64,000 bases of DNA from contig NW_026250418.1 of NCBI RefSeq assembly GCF_024521635.1, positions 248,001-312,000 on the forward strand, written 5' to 3'. The notes beneath the pieces were generated by a model. The model did no database searches and was not told the origin of the DNA. It saw only the letters and a list, made by a program, of their open reading frames with translations. Position numbers and translations under genes: made by a program. How positions within the stretch are numbered: position 1 is the first letter of the stretch; each line of letters opens with the position of its first letter. The stretch is from Tricharina praecox (taxonomy: Eukaryota). Shown here piece by piece: positions 61,387 to 64,000 of this stretch.

Positions 61387-63037
61387 TTTTTGTTTCCTTT
61401 GTTTATTTTGCCGGTAACGGCACGGGGTGGGGGCGTTTTTCTTTTGTGACCATCGCTTTTGGACGCTATCTATGGGACTGGACATGTTTTTCTTTTTCTT
61501 TTTCCTTCTTTTTCTCTTCTTTTCCTCCTTGTGATTATTTAATTGTACATTGATACGGAGACTCTGGCAACACACGGCCACACGAATAAAAAATGACTGG
61601 CACGACAGGCGTCCAAGATGTTTCACGGTGCTTTCTCCTTTTTTTGCGACTCCTCTCTCTCTCTCCCTTGCACGGGGATGCCCAACGGGTTTGTTGAGAT
61701 GACAGCTCCGCTCCTCGATGCGGGTTACTCCGCTTTCGCTCTGAATCAACCATGCATCCCGGTCGCAGCCACACAGCAAGCTTGCAGCCAACAGCCGCCA
61801 ACCAACGTGAGGGGTTAGTTAGTTAGATGGTTATCCGTTGTGAGTGGACCAGCCCGTCCCCGGAGATCTTGGGCTGGGGGGACGGCTGCCAATTGGAATT
61901 TGGCGCTGCATGCTCAGGCTTCAGCCATGCCATGGCTACATAGAGGAAACCTCGCACTGTTCACTCACATAGAAAAAGGAAAAGGAAAAGGAAGTGGAAG
62001 TGGTTTACCCCTCCCTCCCAACACCCATTTCCACACAGGAATCCCCACACAGCAATCCCCCTTCCCTCCTCCCCCCTCCCCCCTCGGCGCTCGCTCTCTC
62101 GCTGTTGCAACTTCATCGGTCTCTTCGGAGGAGCGAGGGAGCGGGGGATCCACATCTTGGCGAATCCGTCTCCGGCGTCTCTCATTCGACGGGTTGCCAT
62201 ATGCATGCACGCGACCCAGGGTTGTGCCATCTCCGAGACAAAACGAGTTACGAGACTGGGTGGATGGGTGACTGGGTGACACATGTGTGCATGGGATGGG
62301 AGGGGGGCAGTGGGACTGTGGGAGGCGGTCAGGTGAAGTCAAGCGAACAGGACAAGAGGTTCGGCAGATATCCGCGGCGGAGGGGGAGGCGGTATTGGAC
62401 TTCGCTCTGGAGGGTATCTGGGTGTCTATCTCGCACGGTGGGGATTGGAGGGGGGGATTGGGGGAGGGAGGCTGGCAGTGGTAACAAAGTAGAGTGGAGT
62501 ACTCTATGTAATCGGATGCACCTCCCCCCCGGCACGCAACAACGCTTGGCATTTCGCTAAAAGGCTTGTGTTGTTGGTATGTAGCGTTCCCAGGCTCCCA
62601 GCTAGGAGGTGCTATATGTTAGAGTAACTACATGCGCACATAGAGTGCTCTACATGACTACATGGCTACATGGCTACATGGCTACATGGCTATCGCGTTG
62701 CCGCGATCGGCAACAAGGTGCGTCGGTGCGTACCGTATCGAACATCGATGTGTCAAGGGCGGCTTGCGTGCGGCTTGCCGAGCGGTCCGGTCCGGGTCCG
62801 AGTGACGATGTTTCCACCAACAATCTTTGTTCCGTTGGCGGTGGTGGATGTGAGAGTTGGTGCTGGTACATTCGTATGCAGGCGAGAAGATGTGGTTGCA
62901 GTTGTCTTGAAGGCTCTGCAGCCCGCGGCCCCGCGGGCGAGGGTTGTATGTATCGTACATAACTTGTGCATCATCACGTAAGTATGGTACAAGTTATGCA
63001 CGCTCGCTCGAGAGTGCGGCGGTTAGAGAGGATAGGG

Positions 63038-63105
63038 ATGTACCGTACTCTATGTACCGTACTCTATGTACCGCACTCTATGTACCGTACTCTATGTACC
63101 GTACT
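63038..63105. repeat. 14-bp minisatellite ATGTACCGTACTCT x~4.5 (with an 8-bp TACATGGC array at ~62659-62690)
   Basis: Seen directly. Confidence 0.85.
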
Positions 63106-64000
63106 CGTCGCATGTATGCGACTGCTTCGCCGTGCGCTCGGCCCGGCGGTGTGATGGCCAGTACTGCATACTACCTACCGGTACTAGTTACCCATCATAC
63201 ATATCATATGCGGTCCAGAGTCACCACCGGTGTGAGGCCCGAGGGGCTGAGAACCTGAGAAGCAGGCAGCGGACGGACAGTCACACCCAAGTGGTCGACA
63301 CGCGGACGATCGTTGAATGCCTAGAGCTTCTTCTTTCCCTCTTCCGGATCCAGCTTGCTTTTCTTTGCTTTTCTTTCCCGGGCGCGTATCGGGAGTCCGT
63401 ATGCACTCGCAGCCGGAAGACGACGACGACGACGACGCGAAAAGCAAAGAAAGGAAAGGGATATCTTCGATCCAGATGACGCTGTTCGTTTGTTGCCGTA
63501 ACATGTGGGTCGTTGGGTGGGTACTCGTATGTAGATGGGCGGTGGAAAACCTCCGTCGCGAAAGGGCGAGACAGATACCGTAGGTAAAGCATGTTGGATA
63601 TGTATCAAATATCGACCAACGGGAACGTTGACTGGTCCGCAGATTTCCGGTATCATCCTCCGCCCCCGGTTCGTTAGGTTAGCAAGTACGAATGACGAGC
63701 CCGTGGAGTCGGCCGCGCCCACACCGCCGCCGCCGGATCGAGCCTGGATACGATACAGCCAGCCAACTAACCAACCGGCCGTGGGATCCCCCCCTCCCCC
63801 TCCCCCCCCCAAAGGGCTCTGGAGTCTGGGAATCGGGACCCGTGCAAAGCACATCTGTGCGGAATTGTGTATGTACGGGAACGATCGTTTTGGATTCGAG
63901 ATTTGGGGTTCGAGATTTTGGGATTCGGACGTCGGTCTGCTTTTGGCTTCCGTGGTACAGTACCGTACGTGCGTGCACCGGGAACCGGGACATCGACTGG

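Overview
Eukaryotic, intron-rich DNA from a filamentous ascomycete; short GT-AG introns with CTRAC branch points and the gene style suggest a Pezizomycete, which is an inference. Conserved genes are NOT4/MOT2, a DUF2433-type metallophosphoesterase, FMP52, tubulin cofactor A, ZDS1, KAP123, ATG13, a class III sirtuin and a GH12 protein. There are three intron-containing tRNA-Ile(AAT) genes. An accessory-looking block (about 20.5-34 kb) holds MITEs, a decayed ORF, two convergent putative DNA-binding genes and a triple-AAA ATPase with a low-complexity/coiled-coil N-terminus. A 2.56-kb non-autonomous Mutator-like element lies at 53.7-56.3 kb. The best leads are: (1) alternative terminal-exon splicing of NOT4 across a ~1-kb intron with clustered TACTAAC motifs, adding an FPxL-motif tail; (2) the ZNFX1-type triple-AAA module fused to a new N-terminus; (3) a putatively GPI-anchored GH12 with Gln at the acid/base Glu position. 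Exon boundaries were read by eye and no database searches were run.
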